This document shows positions 34,359-45,780 of a stretch of DNA of 64,000 nt, piece by piece. The stretch spans positions 124,001 to 188,000 of the forward strand of contig NIVC01000864.1 of assembly GCA_002269645.1 (NCBI GenBank), given 5' to 3'. The translations under genes were made by a program, and so were the position numbers. Within the stretch, counting starts at the first letter, position 1. Each line of letters begins with the position of its first letter. The DNA comes from Macrostomum lignano. Its lineage: Eukaryota. Below the pieces are notes generated by a model that was not told the DNA's origin, ran no database searches, and saw only the letters and a list, made by a program, of their open reading frames with translations.

Positions 34359-35044
34359 GCGAGGCCAAGCGGCGGCAGCAGCAGGCGGCCTGCTGGTTCT
34401 GCCTGGGGAACCCGGAAGTGCAGCGGCAGCTGGTTGTATCCGTGGCCAAGTCAACTTACCTGGCTTTGGCCCGCGGTCCCCTGGTGCCGCAGCACGTGAT
34501 TGCCCTGCCAATCGGACATCACAAATGCCTGTCCGACTGTCCAGCCGAGGTTCTGTCCGAGTTCTCCCGCTACAAGCGCTGCCTGGCCCAGCTGTACGCC
34601 GCCTCCGAGCTGGCCCCGGTGTACATCGAGCGGAATTTCAAATGCTTCCACGCCCAGCTGCACTGCATCCCCGTGCCCGTGGCCTCCCTGCCCGGCCTCA
34701 AAGCCGCTTTCCTGGACGTCGCCGACAAGCACGAGCCAAGGCTGAGTCTTCGCGAGCTGCACCCTGGCGCCGATCTGGCCGATCTCGTGCCGCCCGGGGC
34801 GCCGTATTTCTGCGCCGACCTGCCCACTGGCGAGCGGCTGTTCTGCCCGATTCGTCGGGACCAGTTCGACACGTTTCCGTTGAGCTTCGGCCGCGACGTC
34901 CTGGCCTCGCATCACGTCTACGACTGTCCGACTCGCGTAGACTGGCGCGACTGTCTGCAGTCCGAGGCCGAGGAGACCGCCGCGGCCGAGGAGTTCAAAA
35001 AATCGTTCGCCCCGTTCGATTTTTCATTGAACTGCGACGAGTGA
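34251..35044 (+). CDS. CWF19L1: CWF19L1 exon 3/3 (CwfJ C-terminal domains)
   Basis: Acceptor cccctcag|; CWFCLGNPEVQRQLVVSV...YLALARGPL...HVIALPIGH...ERN...HAQLHCIPVP...FGRDVLA...DWRDC...FAPFDF; TGA ends at 35044. Confidence 0.93.
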
Positions 35045-35189
35045 AGCTGCATTTTTGTTTGCCTGTAAACCTTGTGTGGTATTGAAAATAGTAGTTATAG
35101 CACCTGGACTGCTAATCTGGCCAAATTAGGGTTTGGGGAAATTCCATACTTTTATATTTGCTTTTCTGTACTATGTGGATATCGTCTGA

Positions 35190-35580
35190 GATGTGGGACA
35201 GGGTTTAGTCTTGGGTGTGGGACAGGGTTTAGTCTGGGGTGTGGGACAGGGTTTAGTCTGGGGTGTGGGACAGGGTTTAGTCTGGGGTGTGGGACAGGGT
35301 TTAGTCTGGGGTGTGGGACAGAGTTTAGTCTGGGGTGTGGGACAGAGTTTAGTCTGGGGTGTGGGACAGGGTTTAGTCTGGGTGTGGGACAGGGTTTAGT
35401 CTTGGGTGTGGGACAGGGTTTAGTCTGGGGTGTGGGACAGGGTTTAGTCTAGGGTGTGGGACAGGGTTTAGTCTGGGTGTGGGACAGGGTTTAGTCTGGG
35501 GTGTGGGACAGGGTTTAGTCTGGGTGTGGGACAGGGTTTAGTCTGGGTGTGGGACAGGGTTTAGTCTGGGTGTGGGACAT
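35190..35580. repeat. 23-24-bp minisatellite (GTGTGGGACAGGGTTTAGTCTGGG)
   Basis: About 16 visible copies. Confidence 0.93.
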
Positions 35581-35904
35581 GGTTTATTCTATGGTCTTCT
35601 GTACACTTGGGAAATGAAGAAAGTTTGAGAATTAAAATTTTAACGCATTTAGGTCTTGATAATTGATATTTTTATATCTTTTTCAACCGTTTTATGAACT
35701 TTGTGTGTACTCAGCTTTGTTCCTAAACTCAATGAATCGACATATTTTCAGGCGTGTCATACTACTCTCAAGTAAATCCAGAAGGAATTTGCAGTCAAAA
35801 AATTTTTTGTTGTCAGACTTTGACGGAGCTGTCAGACAAAATAAATGTTAAGACAAAAATATTTTATTACTTCTTTTTTCGAAGCAGATAGACAGAATGG
35901 ATAG

Positions 35905-38120
35905 GTAAATAAGAGACTGAGGATAGCAGGTGTAGGTAGATAAGAGACTGGGGATAGCAGGGGTAGGTAAATAAGAGACTGAGGATAGCAGGGGTAGGTA
36001 GATAAGAGACTGAGGATAGCAGGTGTAGGTAGATAAGAGACTGGGGATAGCAGGGGTAGGTAGATAAGAGACTGGGGATAGCAGGTTTAGATAAATAAGA
36101 GACTGGGGATAGCAGGTGTAGGTAGATAAGAGACTGGGGATAGCAGGTTTAGATAAATAAGAGACTGGGGATAGCAGGGGTAGGTAGATAAGAGACAGGC
36201 GATAGCAGGTGTAGGTAGATAAGAGACAGGAGATAGCAGGGGTAGGTAGATTAGAGACTGGAGATAGCAGGTGTAGGTAGATAAGAGACTGGGGATAGCA
36301 GGTGTAGGTAGATAAGAGACTGGAGATAGCAGGTGTAGGTAGATAAGAGACAGGAGATAGCAGGGGTAGGTAGATTAGAGACTGGAGATAGCAGGGGTAG
36401 GTAGATAAGAGACTGGGGATAGCAGGTGTAGGTAGATAAGAGACTGGGGATAGCAGGGGTAGGTAGCTAAGAGACTGAGGATAGCAGGGGTAGGTAGATA
36501 AGAGACTGGGGATAGCAGGGGTAGGTAGATAAGAGACTGGGGATAGCAGGTGTAGGTAGATAAGAGACTGGGGATAGCAGGGGTAGGTAGATAAGAGACT
36601 GGGGATAGCAGGGGTAGGTAGATAAGAGACTGGGGATAGCAGGGGTAGGTAGCTAAGAGACTGAGGATAGCAGGGGTAGGTAGATAAGAGACTGGGGATA
36701 GCAGGTGTAGGTAGATAAGAGACTGGGGATAGCAGGGGTAGGTAGCTAAGAGACTGGGGATAGCAGGGGTAGGTAAATAAGAGACTGAGGATAGCAGGGG
36801 TAGGTAGATAAGAGACTGAGGATAGCAGGTGTAGGTAGATAAGAGACTGGGGATAGCAGGGGTAGGTAGATAAGAGACTGGGGATAGCAGGTTTAGATAA
36901 ATAAGAGACTGGGGATAGCAGGTGTAGGTAGATAAGAGACTGGGGATAGCAGGGGTAGGTAAATAAGAGACTGAGGATAGCAGGGGTAGGTAGATAAGAG
37001 ACTGAGGATAGCAGGTGTAGGTAGATAAGAGACTGGGGATAGCAGGGGTAGGTAGATAAGAGACTGGGGATAGCAGGTTTAGATAAATAAGAGACTGGGG
37101 ATAGCAGGTGTAGGTAGATAAGAGACTGGGGATAGCAGGGGTAGGTAAATAAGAGACTGAGGATAGCAGGGGTAGGTAGATAAGAGACTGAGGATAGCAG
37201 GTGTAGGTAGATAAGAGACTGGGGATAGCAGGGGTAGGTAGATAAGAGACTGGGGATAGCAGGTTTAGATAAATAAGAGACTGGGGATAGCAGGTGTAGG
37301 TAGATAAGAGACTGGGGATAGCAGGTTTAGATAAATAAGAGACTGGGGATAGCAGGGGTAGGTAGATAAGAGACAGGCGATAGCAGGTGTAGGTAGATAA
37401 GAGACAGGAGATAGCAGGGGTAGGTAGATTAGAGACTGGAGATAGCAGGTGTAGGTAGATAAGAGACTGGGGATAGCAGGTGTAGGTAGATAAGAGACTG
37501 GAGATAGCAGGTGTAGGTAGATAAGAGACAGGAGATAGCAGGGGTAGGTAGATTAGAGACTGGAGATAGCAGGGGTAGGTAGATAAGAGACTGGGGATAG
37601 CAGGTGTAGGTAGATAAGAGACTGGGGATAGCAGGGGTAGGTAGATAAGAGACTGAGGATAGCAGGGGTAGGTAGATAAGAGACTGGGGATAGCAGGGGT
37701 AGGTAGATAAGAGACTGGGGATAGCAGGTGTAGGTAGATAAGAGACTGGGGATAGCAGGGGTAGGTAGATAAGAGACTGGGGATAGCAGGGGTAGGTAGA
37801 TAAGAGACTGGGGATAGCAGGGGTAGGTAGCTAAGAGACTGAGGATAGCAGGGGTAGGTAGATAAGAGACTGGGGATAGCAGGGGTAGGTAGATAAGAGA
37901 CTGGGGATAGCAGGGGTAGGTAGATAAGAGACAGGAGATAGCAGGGGTAGGTAGATAAGAGACTGAGGATAGCAGGGGTAGGTAGATAAGAGACTGGGGA
38001 TAGCAGGGGTAGGTAGATAAGAGACTGGGGATAGCAGGTGTAGGTAGATAAGAGACTGGGGATAGCAGGGGTAGGTAGATAAGAGACTGGGGATAGCAGG
38101 TGTAGGTAGCTAAGAGGGAG
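35905..38120. repeat. 31-bp minisatellite (GTAGGTAGATAAGAGACTGGGGATAGCAGGG), about 70 copies, with internal higher-order duplication
   Basis: Visible copies; rare variants recur at 1178-bp spacing. Confidence 0.95.
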
Positions 38121-38544
38121 GGCAATGGCTCTTTAAAGAAGTGAATATGCGAAGATTCGAATCCCAGAGCCAGAACAGTTACGGGTGACGCGCCGGCCGA
38201 GTTCGGGCAGACTTTGAGCAGTTTGTCACGCTTCCATTCCGAAAATTTGTTGAACGCCGGCTTTTAATTATCGCCTCGGGGTGTCGCCACGCCCTGACTC
38301 GGCTTGAAAATTGGCTTCGTCAGGAGATGAGCGACGTGCTGGCAGTGCCAGTTTTGCCTGTTTTTGTAATCTTTGTTCCATATTTGGCCACTTTAGCTAA
38401 CGTGGTGGTGCCTTTGAAAGAATTTTGTTGGGTGGCGAAACAGTCTTTGCCGGTAGCAGAGCACATCTTGCGCTTTGACTTTTCTATTTATAGAAGAGAT
38501 GTCTGCTCAAGCCTTACAAAAATCAATGGAGCAATAAAACACGT

Positions 38545-39107
38545 AATAAAACCCTGTCCCACACCCAGACTAACCCTGTCCCATACCCCAGTACCCCAGT
38601 CAAACCCTGTCCCATACCCCAGACAAACCCTGTCCCATACCCCAGTCAAACATGTCCCATACCCCAGTCAAACCCTGTCCCATATCCCAGTCAAACCCTG
38701 TCCCATACCCCAGACAAACCCTGTCTTATACCCCAGTCAAACCTTGTCCCATACCCCAGACAAACGCTGTCGCACACCCTAGAAAAAACCCTATCTCCCA
38801 CACAAGACAAATCTTGTCCTTCACCCCAGACAACCCTGTCCCACACTCCAGACAAACCCTTTCCCATACCCCAGTCAAACCCTGTCCCAAACCCCAGTCA
38901 AACCCTGTCCCATACCCCAGTCAAACCCTGTCCCATACCCCAGACAAACCCTGTCCCATACCCCAGTCAAACATGTCCCATACCCCAGTAAAACCCTGTC
39001 CCATATCCCATTCAAACCCTGTCCCATACCCCAGACAACCCTGTCCCACACCCCAGACAAACCCTGTCCCACACCCAGACAAACCCTGTCCGATACCACA
39101 TACAAAC
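38545..39107. repeat. Minisatellite (AAACCCTGTCCCATACCCCAGTC), an inverted relative of the 35190-35580 array
   Basis: Unit AAACCCTGTCCCACACCCAGACT at about 38548 is the reverse complement of the 35190 unit. Confidence 0.88.
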
Positions 39108-39519
39108 CCCTGGCTGATTTTTCGATAAGTATTGAGAACACAAGTGCAAGAAGTACGGGTGTTCGAATTTTGTTCGGAAGGGAAGCCATCAAGTGCACTG
39201 AAGGGACTTTTTGCGATCCAAGTGTCTGCTTAATCCCTGCAGTGTCTTCTCAATAAATTTGTTTTCACCGAAAATTTTTAGACGACGCTAATTTTATAAT
39301 TACAAGGCGTTTTGAGGCCTTAGCAGGTGCTTTTGAAGCATTTCTGCTGCTCATTCATCTTTAGTCTTTGATGTGGGTCTCGCATCTTTGTTATCTGAAA
39401 ATCACTGTTTACGCCCATGATATTGACACGAATCTTGTCGCTAATGGTATAATTAGGGAATTAGAAGCATTAATGCATAAACTGGTTAATTATAACTAAT
39501 TGACATGTAGACAGATAGA

Positions 39520-40440
39520 CTAAGCCCCAGACAGACACTATGGCAGACACTAGGGCAGACTCCAAGGCAGACACTAAGACAGACACTAGGGCAGACACTA
39601 GGGCAGACACTAAGGCAGACACTAAGGCAGACACTAAGGCAGACACTAGGGCAGACACTAGGGCAGACACTAAGACAGACACTAGGGCAGACATTATGGC
39701 AGACTCCAAGGCAGACACTAAGACAGACACTAGGGCAGACACTAGGGCAGACACTAAGGCAGACACTAAGGCGGACACTAAGGCAGACACTAGGGCAGAC
39801 ACTAAGGCAGACACTAGGGCAGACACTAGGGCAGACACTAAGACAGACACTAGGGCAGACACTAAGACAGACAACATGAGACACTAGGGCAGACACTAGG
39901 GCAGACACTATGGCAGACACTAGGGCAGACACTAAGACAGACACTAGGGCAGACACTAAGACAGACAACATGACAGACACTAGGGCAGACACTAAGACAG
40001 ACACTAGGGCAGACACTAGGGCAGACACTAAGACAGACACTAGGGCAGACACTAAGACAGACACTATGGCAGACACTAGGGCAGACACTAGGGCAGACAC
40101 TAAGACAGACACTAGGGCAGACACTAGGGCAGACACTAAGACAGACACTAGGGCAGACACTAAGACAGACACTATGGCAGACACTAGGGCAGACACTAGG
40201 GCAGACACTAAGACAGACACTATGGCAGACACTAGGGCAGACACTAGGGCAGACACTAGGGCAGACACTATGGCAGACACTATGGCAGACACTAGGGCAG
40301 ACACTATGGCAGACACTAGGGCAGACACTAGGGCAGACACTAGGGCAGACACTAGGGCAGACACTAGGGCAGACACTAGGGCAGACACTATGGCAGACAC
40401 TATGGCAGACACTAGGGCAGACAACATGGCAGACACTAAG
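39520..40440. repeat. 12-bp minisatellite (GCAGACACTAGG)
   Basis: Visible; explains the DTRA/VSAL ORFs. Confidence 0.95.
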
Positions 40441-40615
40441 GCAGACAGAAATAAATTGATCAAATGATTGATACAGTGCCAGCTAAACAGGCTGACTGAT
40501 AGGTCAGCAGCTCGTTGCTCCCGGGCCCCCAGTTCAGCCGAAGGCCGCCCCGCCCGGCCCAATCGCTGCCCCGAGTCGCCGCTGGCCGGCCCGCCCACGC
40601 ACCGAGCGCCGCCGC

Positions 40616-40621
40616 TATAAA
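40616..40621 (+). promoter_or_regulatory. TATA box of NPF precursor gene 1
   Basis: TATAAA preceded by GC-box-like sequence, 124 nt upstream of ATG 40740. Confidence 0.6.
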
Positions 40622-40739
40622 TCCGGGCAGCCCGGCATCTCGAAGGCTCGCCGCGCAGAAATCCCCCCGCCTAGCAGCTAACGGCAGGTCAAACAACACC
40701 CACAAACTGATCAACCGCAACCTCGGCCAAGCAGCAGAA

Positions 40740-41153
40740 ATGAACGCGGCTCAACTGTCAACTCTTCTGCTTTTGCTCCTGTCCGCCGCCGCCCTCGGCC
40801 AGTCCAAGTCTCTGGCCAGAGCGCCCGAGGAGGTGAACAAAGACTTCACCTCGGCCGACGACGTGGCCGAGTACTTGCACTACCTCAACAAGTACTTTCA
40901 CTCGGTCAGCCGGCCCCGATTCGGCAAGCGCGGCAACGCCTACGACTTCCGCTCGCCAGCCGAGGCTGCCAAGTATGTGACCAGCCTGAACCAGTACCTG
41001 CACTCGGTCAGCCGGCCCCGCTTCGGCAAGCGGCAGGCCTCCTTCGACACCCCGGCCGCGGCCGCCGAGTACATCAACAACCTCAACCAGTACCTGCACT
41101 CCATGAGCCGGCCCCGCTTCGGCAAGCGGATGTACCGCATTGACAGGCGATGA
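40740..41153 (+). CDS. NPF: NPY/NPF-family neuropeptide precursor 1: signal peptide plus three ...SRPRF-GKR peptides, intronless, 137 aa
   Basis: MNAAQLSTLLLLLLSAAALG signal; three cassettes ending RPRF-G-KR, each with Tyr at -10 and -17 from the C-terminus; AATAAA at 41295 and 41308. Confidence 0.92.
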   Translation: MNAAQLSTLLLLLLSAAALGQSKSLARAPEEVNKDFTSADDVAEYLHYLNKYFHSVSRPRFGKRGNAYDFRSPAEAAKYVTSLNQYLHSVSRPRFGKRQASFDTPAAAAEYINNLNQYLHSMSRPRFGKRMYRIDRR

Positions 41154-41399
41154 TTCGATTGGATTGAGCAGCGTTTCCTAGAAACTGGACCGACTGAGTC
41201 GATTGCTGGCCCGTCTCAATCTTCACTCGAACCTCTCTCTGTGTCTCTCACAGCTCCTACTTGGCGAACTGTTATTGCTAACACGATGCGTCAAAATAAA
41301 ATCCGACAATAAACGCGTGCAATTGTGAAAACTAAATTGTTTTGCCACTGCTTTCTGAACTACTGCTTAAGATTGTTGCTTTCGGACATGGATTATAGC

Positions 41400-42580
41400 A
41401 GAACTGGTAACTATGAGTCTATGACCAGAGCGGAACTCGTAGCTATGAGTCTATGACCAGAGCGGAATTAGTAGTTATGAGTCCATGACCAGAGCGGAAT
41501 TAGTAGCTATGGGTCTATGACCAGAGCGGAATTAGTAGTTATGAGTCCATGACCAGAGCGGAATTAGTAGCTATGAGTCTATGACCAGAGCGAAATTAGT
41601 AGCTATGAGTCTATGACCAGAGCGGAACTCGTAGTTATGAGTCTATGACCAGAGCGGAATTAGTAGTTATGAGTCCATGACCAGAGCGGAACTAGTAGCT
41701 ATGAGTCTATGACCAGAGCGGAATTAGTAGTTATGAGTCTATGACCAGAGCGGAACTAGTAGGTATGAGTCTATGACCGGAGCGGAACTAGTAGCTATGA
41801 GTCTATGACCAGAGCGGAACTGGTAGCTATGAGTATATGACCAGAGCAGAACTGGTAGCTATGAGTCTATGACCAGAGCGGAATTAGTAGTTATGAGTCT
41901 ATGACCAGAGCGGAACTAGTAGCTATGAGTCTATGACCGGAGCGGAACTAGTAGCTATGAGTCTATGACCAGAGCGGAACTGGTAGCTATGAGTATATGA
42001 CCAGAGCAGAACTGGTAGCTATGAGTCTATGACCAGAGCGGAACTCGTAGCTATGAGTCTTTGACCAGAGCGGAACTAGTAGCTATGAGTCTATGACCAG
42101 AGCGGAACTAGTAGCTATGAGTCTATGACCAGAGCGGAACTAGTAGCTATGAGTCCATGACCAGAGCGGAACTGGTAGCTATGAGTCTATGACCAGAGCG
42201 GAATTAGTAGCTATGAGCCTATGACCAGGGCTCAACTAGTAGCTATGAATCTCATGACCAGAACAGAACTAGTAAGCTACGAGTCCATGACCAGAGCGGA
42301 ACTAGTAGCTATGAGTCCATGACCAGAGCGGAACTCGTAGCTATGAGTCCATGACCAGAGCGGAACTAGTAGCTATGAGTCTATGACCAGAGCGGAACTA
42401 GTAGCTATGAGTCTATGACCAGAGCGGAACTAGTAGCTATGAGCCTATGACCAGGGCTTAACTAGTAGTTATGAATCTCATGACCAGAACAGAACTAGTA
42501 AGCTATGAGCCTATGACCAGGGCGGAACTAGTAGCTATAAATCTCATGACCATAGCGGAACTAGTTTGTATGACCATAAT
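41400..42580. repeat. 32-bp minisatellite (CTAGTAGCTATGAGTCTATGACCAGAGCGGAA) downstream of NPF gene 1
   Basis: About 36 visible copies; the same family occurs at 44345-44935. Confidence 0.95.
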
Positions 42581-43064
42581 CCTCCGCTGACTGAGGTATG
42601 ACCATTGACGTTAAAACCGAATAAAGAGATTCAAATAAGCAGGTTCAATTTATTTGCTAAGCCACAGTGCCATCTTCAACGAGGCCTTCTTGTAATTCTG
42701 CTAAGCTTTCTAATTTCCTTTCGATGAATGAGGAAATTAAAAAAACAGCTCTTTTGTCACGAGGCTTCTGCTTTGATTTTCGATTCTTCACCTCTCCGTA
42801 ATGCGTCCGTGATTTCAGTTCGCACTGCGCCCCTTCGTTTCCCGGAGGAAGAACAAAATTGCGCCATTGATAATTCCGCATTCGCCGAGTTTCCATAGCA
42901 ACCAGACTAAGATAAGAACGATTGGTTAGTTTAAAGAGAGTGGCTGCTAACACTTTGCTTGAATTTGTAGCAGATTGCATGCAAATGAAGAGGATTAAAT
43001 GTAGCAATTGTTCCCAAAATTTCTTTTAAAGACCTCTTCGATTTTCGTCACAGCATGCAGTGCA

Positions 43065-43530
43065 CTTTCTCGCGAACTGTCTAAACTGTCTATGACCATT
43101 GTGTAGCTAAACTGTCTATGATCATTGTGTAGCTAAGCTGTCTATGACCGTTGTGTAGCTAAGCTGTCTATGACCGTTGTGTAGCTAAGCTGTCTATGAC
43201 CGTTGTGTAGCTAAACTGTCTATGACCATTGTGTAGCTAGGCTGTCTATGACCATTGTGTAGCTAAACTGTCTATGACCATTGTGTAGCTAGGCTGTCTA
43301 TGACCATTGTGTAGCTTAACTGTCTATGACCATTGCATGTGTAGCTAAGCTGTCTATGACCATTGCATGTGTAGCTAAGCTGTCTATGACCATTGTGTAG
43401 CTAAGCTGTCTATGACCATTGTGTAGCTAAACTGTCTATGACCATTGTGTAGCTAAGCTGTCTATGACCATTGTGTAGCTAAACTGTCTATGACCATTGT
43501 GTAGCTAAGCTGTCTATGATAATTGTGCAG
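43065..43530. repeat. 26-bp minisatellite (CTGTCTATGACCATTGTGTAGCTAAA)
   Basis: About 17 copies; shares the GTCTATGACC core with the 32-bp family. Confidence 0.92.
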
Positions 43531-43774
43531 CTAACATTGCTTTCACGACCACTGCACATGAATATGCTTTCCGGCATATACTACTATCAGTAGGAAATAT
43601 GGACACGATCTTAAAATTTATCAATGCGCAATCTGCAGCTTGAAAAATATGAAGTGACATCCTTTGGGAATGCCTAAAGAATGGGAACTCTCGTTTCTCT
43701 GCACCTTTCCGCCTCTGTTCCTCCGTATACTTCGTAATCTTAATCTTAATCTTAATCTTAAAGTGAATCAAACC

Positions 43775-44087
43775 ATGGCTCGACTCCCAACTCTAATTCT
43801 GGTGCTGGTGCTCATCTTTGGGACTCTGGATCCGCCCAGGTGCCTGGCAGAAGTTCCAGAAGCTCCAACAAAGTTCAACTCGGCCGACGAAGTTGACGAG
43901 TACTTGCAGGACCTCAACAAGTACTTCCTACTGGCTCAGCCTTTCCCGGTTCGGCAAGCGCAGCAAGACCAAAGACTTTCGCTCACCTGAAGAGGCCACC
44001 AAGTACGTGATCAGCCTGCTGCAGTACGTGTAGTGGGCCAGTCGGCCTCGCTACGGCAAGCGGTAGTACAGAATTAATAGACGATGA
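43775..44087 (+). pseudogene. NPF: NPF precursor paralog 2: two peptide cassettes, disrupted by a +1 frameshift and stop codons
   Basis: Signal MARLPTLILVLVLIFG...; EVPEAPTKFNSADEVDEYLQDLNKYF, then a shift to ...SLSRFGKR SKTKDFRSPEEATKYVISLLQYV*WASRPRYGKR*YRINRR*. TAG at 44031 and 44064; the 3' UTR is homologous to gene 1. Confidence 0.85.
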
Positions 44088-44344
44088 TTCGATTCCATTG
44101 CAGGGCGGTTTTTCTTGGAAACTAGACCCTTTCACTCGGACCTCTCTCTGTGTCTCTCCCCGTCAGCTCCTGTTTGGCAAACTGAGCATGCAGCACATAA
44201 ACTGTTATTGCTAACACCATGCCCCCATGAGAGGCAAGTGGGTCAAAATAAAATATCCGACAATATACGCGTGTAATTAATTGTGCGAAAGATTTTAATT
44301 TCTGCATTTAGGCGCGAATTGTGGCGGAACTAAGTACATGTTGC

Positions 44345-44935
44345 TGTGAGTCTATGACTAGAGCGGAACTAGAACTAGTACATGTTGCTGTGAGTATATG
44401 ACCAGAGCAGAACTAGTAGCTATGACTCTATGACCAGAACGGAACTAGTAGCCATGAGTCTATGACCAGAGCGGAACTAGTAGGTATGAGTCTATGACCA
44501 GAGCAGAATTAGTAGCTGTGAGTCTATGACCAGAGCGGAACTAGTAGCTATGAGTCTATGACCAGAGCGGAACTAGTATCTATGAGTCTATGACCAGAGC
44601 GGAACTAGTAGCTATGAATCTATGACCAGAGCGGAACTAGTATCTATGAGTCTATGACCAGAGCGGAACTAGTAGCTATGAATCTATGACCAGAGCGGAA
44701 CTAGTATCTATGAGTCTATGACCAGAGCGGAACTAGTAGCTATGAGTCTATGACCAGAGCGGAACTAGTATCTATGAGTCTATGACCAGAGCGGAATTAG
44801 TAGCTATGAGCCTATCACCAGAGAGGAACTCGTAGCTATGAGTCTATGACCAGAGCGGAACTAGTAGCTATGACTCTATGACCAGAACGGAACTAGTAGT
44901 TATGATCCTTTGACCGGAGTCTAACCTGTTTGCAT
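44345..44935. repeat. Second array of the 32-bp CTAGTAGCTATGAGTCTATGACCAGAGCGGAA minisatellite
   Basis: Same unit as 41400-42580, in the same position relative to the NPF paralog. Confidence 0.93.
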
Positions 44936-45279
44936 GACCACATTCAATTCATTTGCTAAAGCTAGGCCAAAAAAACCATCCTCACGCCTTTTTGTACTTT
45001 TGCTAAGCTGCCTATTTTTTTTCGCTGAATGAGGAAATTAAAAAAAACTGCTTTTACACTGCGCCTCTTTGGCTTCCCGTAGGAACAACAAAATTGCGAC
45101 ACTGATAATTCCGCATTCGCCCAGTTGCCGTAGCAACCAGACTCAGATTAAGGACGATCGATTAGGTTGCAGAGAGTGCCTGCTTGAATTTGTGCAGATT
45201 ACATGCAAATGAAAGGGAATTAAAGGTAGGTAATCTGTCCATGAACATTATGTAGCTTATCTCCCTCTCTTTATCTCCC

Positions 45280-45780
45280 CTCTCCCCTAGGGAGATCCCC
45301 TCTCCTCTCTCCCTACACTCTCCCTGTCTCCCTACACTATCCTTGCCTCCCTTCACTCTCCGTGTCTCCCTACAGTCTCCCTTCACTCTCCCTGTCTCCC
45401 TTCACTCTCCCTGTCTCCCTTCACTCTCCCTGTCTCCCTTCACTCTCCCTGTCTCCCTTCACTCTCCCTGTCTCCCTTCACTCTCCCTGTCTCCCCTCAC
45501 TCTCCCTGTCTTCCTTCACTCTCCCTGTCTCCCTTCACTCTCCCTGTCTCCCTTCACTCTCCCTGTCTCCCTTCACTCTCCCTGTCTCCCTTCACTCTCC
45601 CTGTCTCCCTTCACTCTCCCTGTCTCCCTTCACTCTCCCTGTCTCCCTTCACTCTCCCTGTCTCCCTTCACTCTCCCTGTCTCCCTTCACTCTCCCTGTC
45701 TCCCTTCACTCTCCCTGTCTCCCTTCACTCTCCCTGTCTCCCTTCACTCTCCCTGTCTCCCTACAGTCTCCCTCTCTCTT
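45280..45780. repeat. 19-bp pyrimidine-rich minisatellite (CTCCCTGTCTCCCTTCACT)
   Basis: About 20 near-perfect copies. Confidence 0.94.

Noticed and set aside
39470-40598. (DTRA)n and (VSAL)n ORFs
   Set aside because: Translations of a 12-bp minisatellite with no flanking coding signal.
40515-40739. 75-aa N-terminal extension of NPF precursor 1 given by the ORF track
   Set aside because: It starts at a non-ATG codon and spans the TATA box; the signal peptide begins at ATG 40740.
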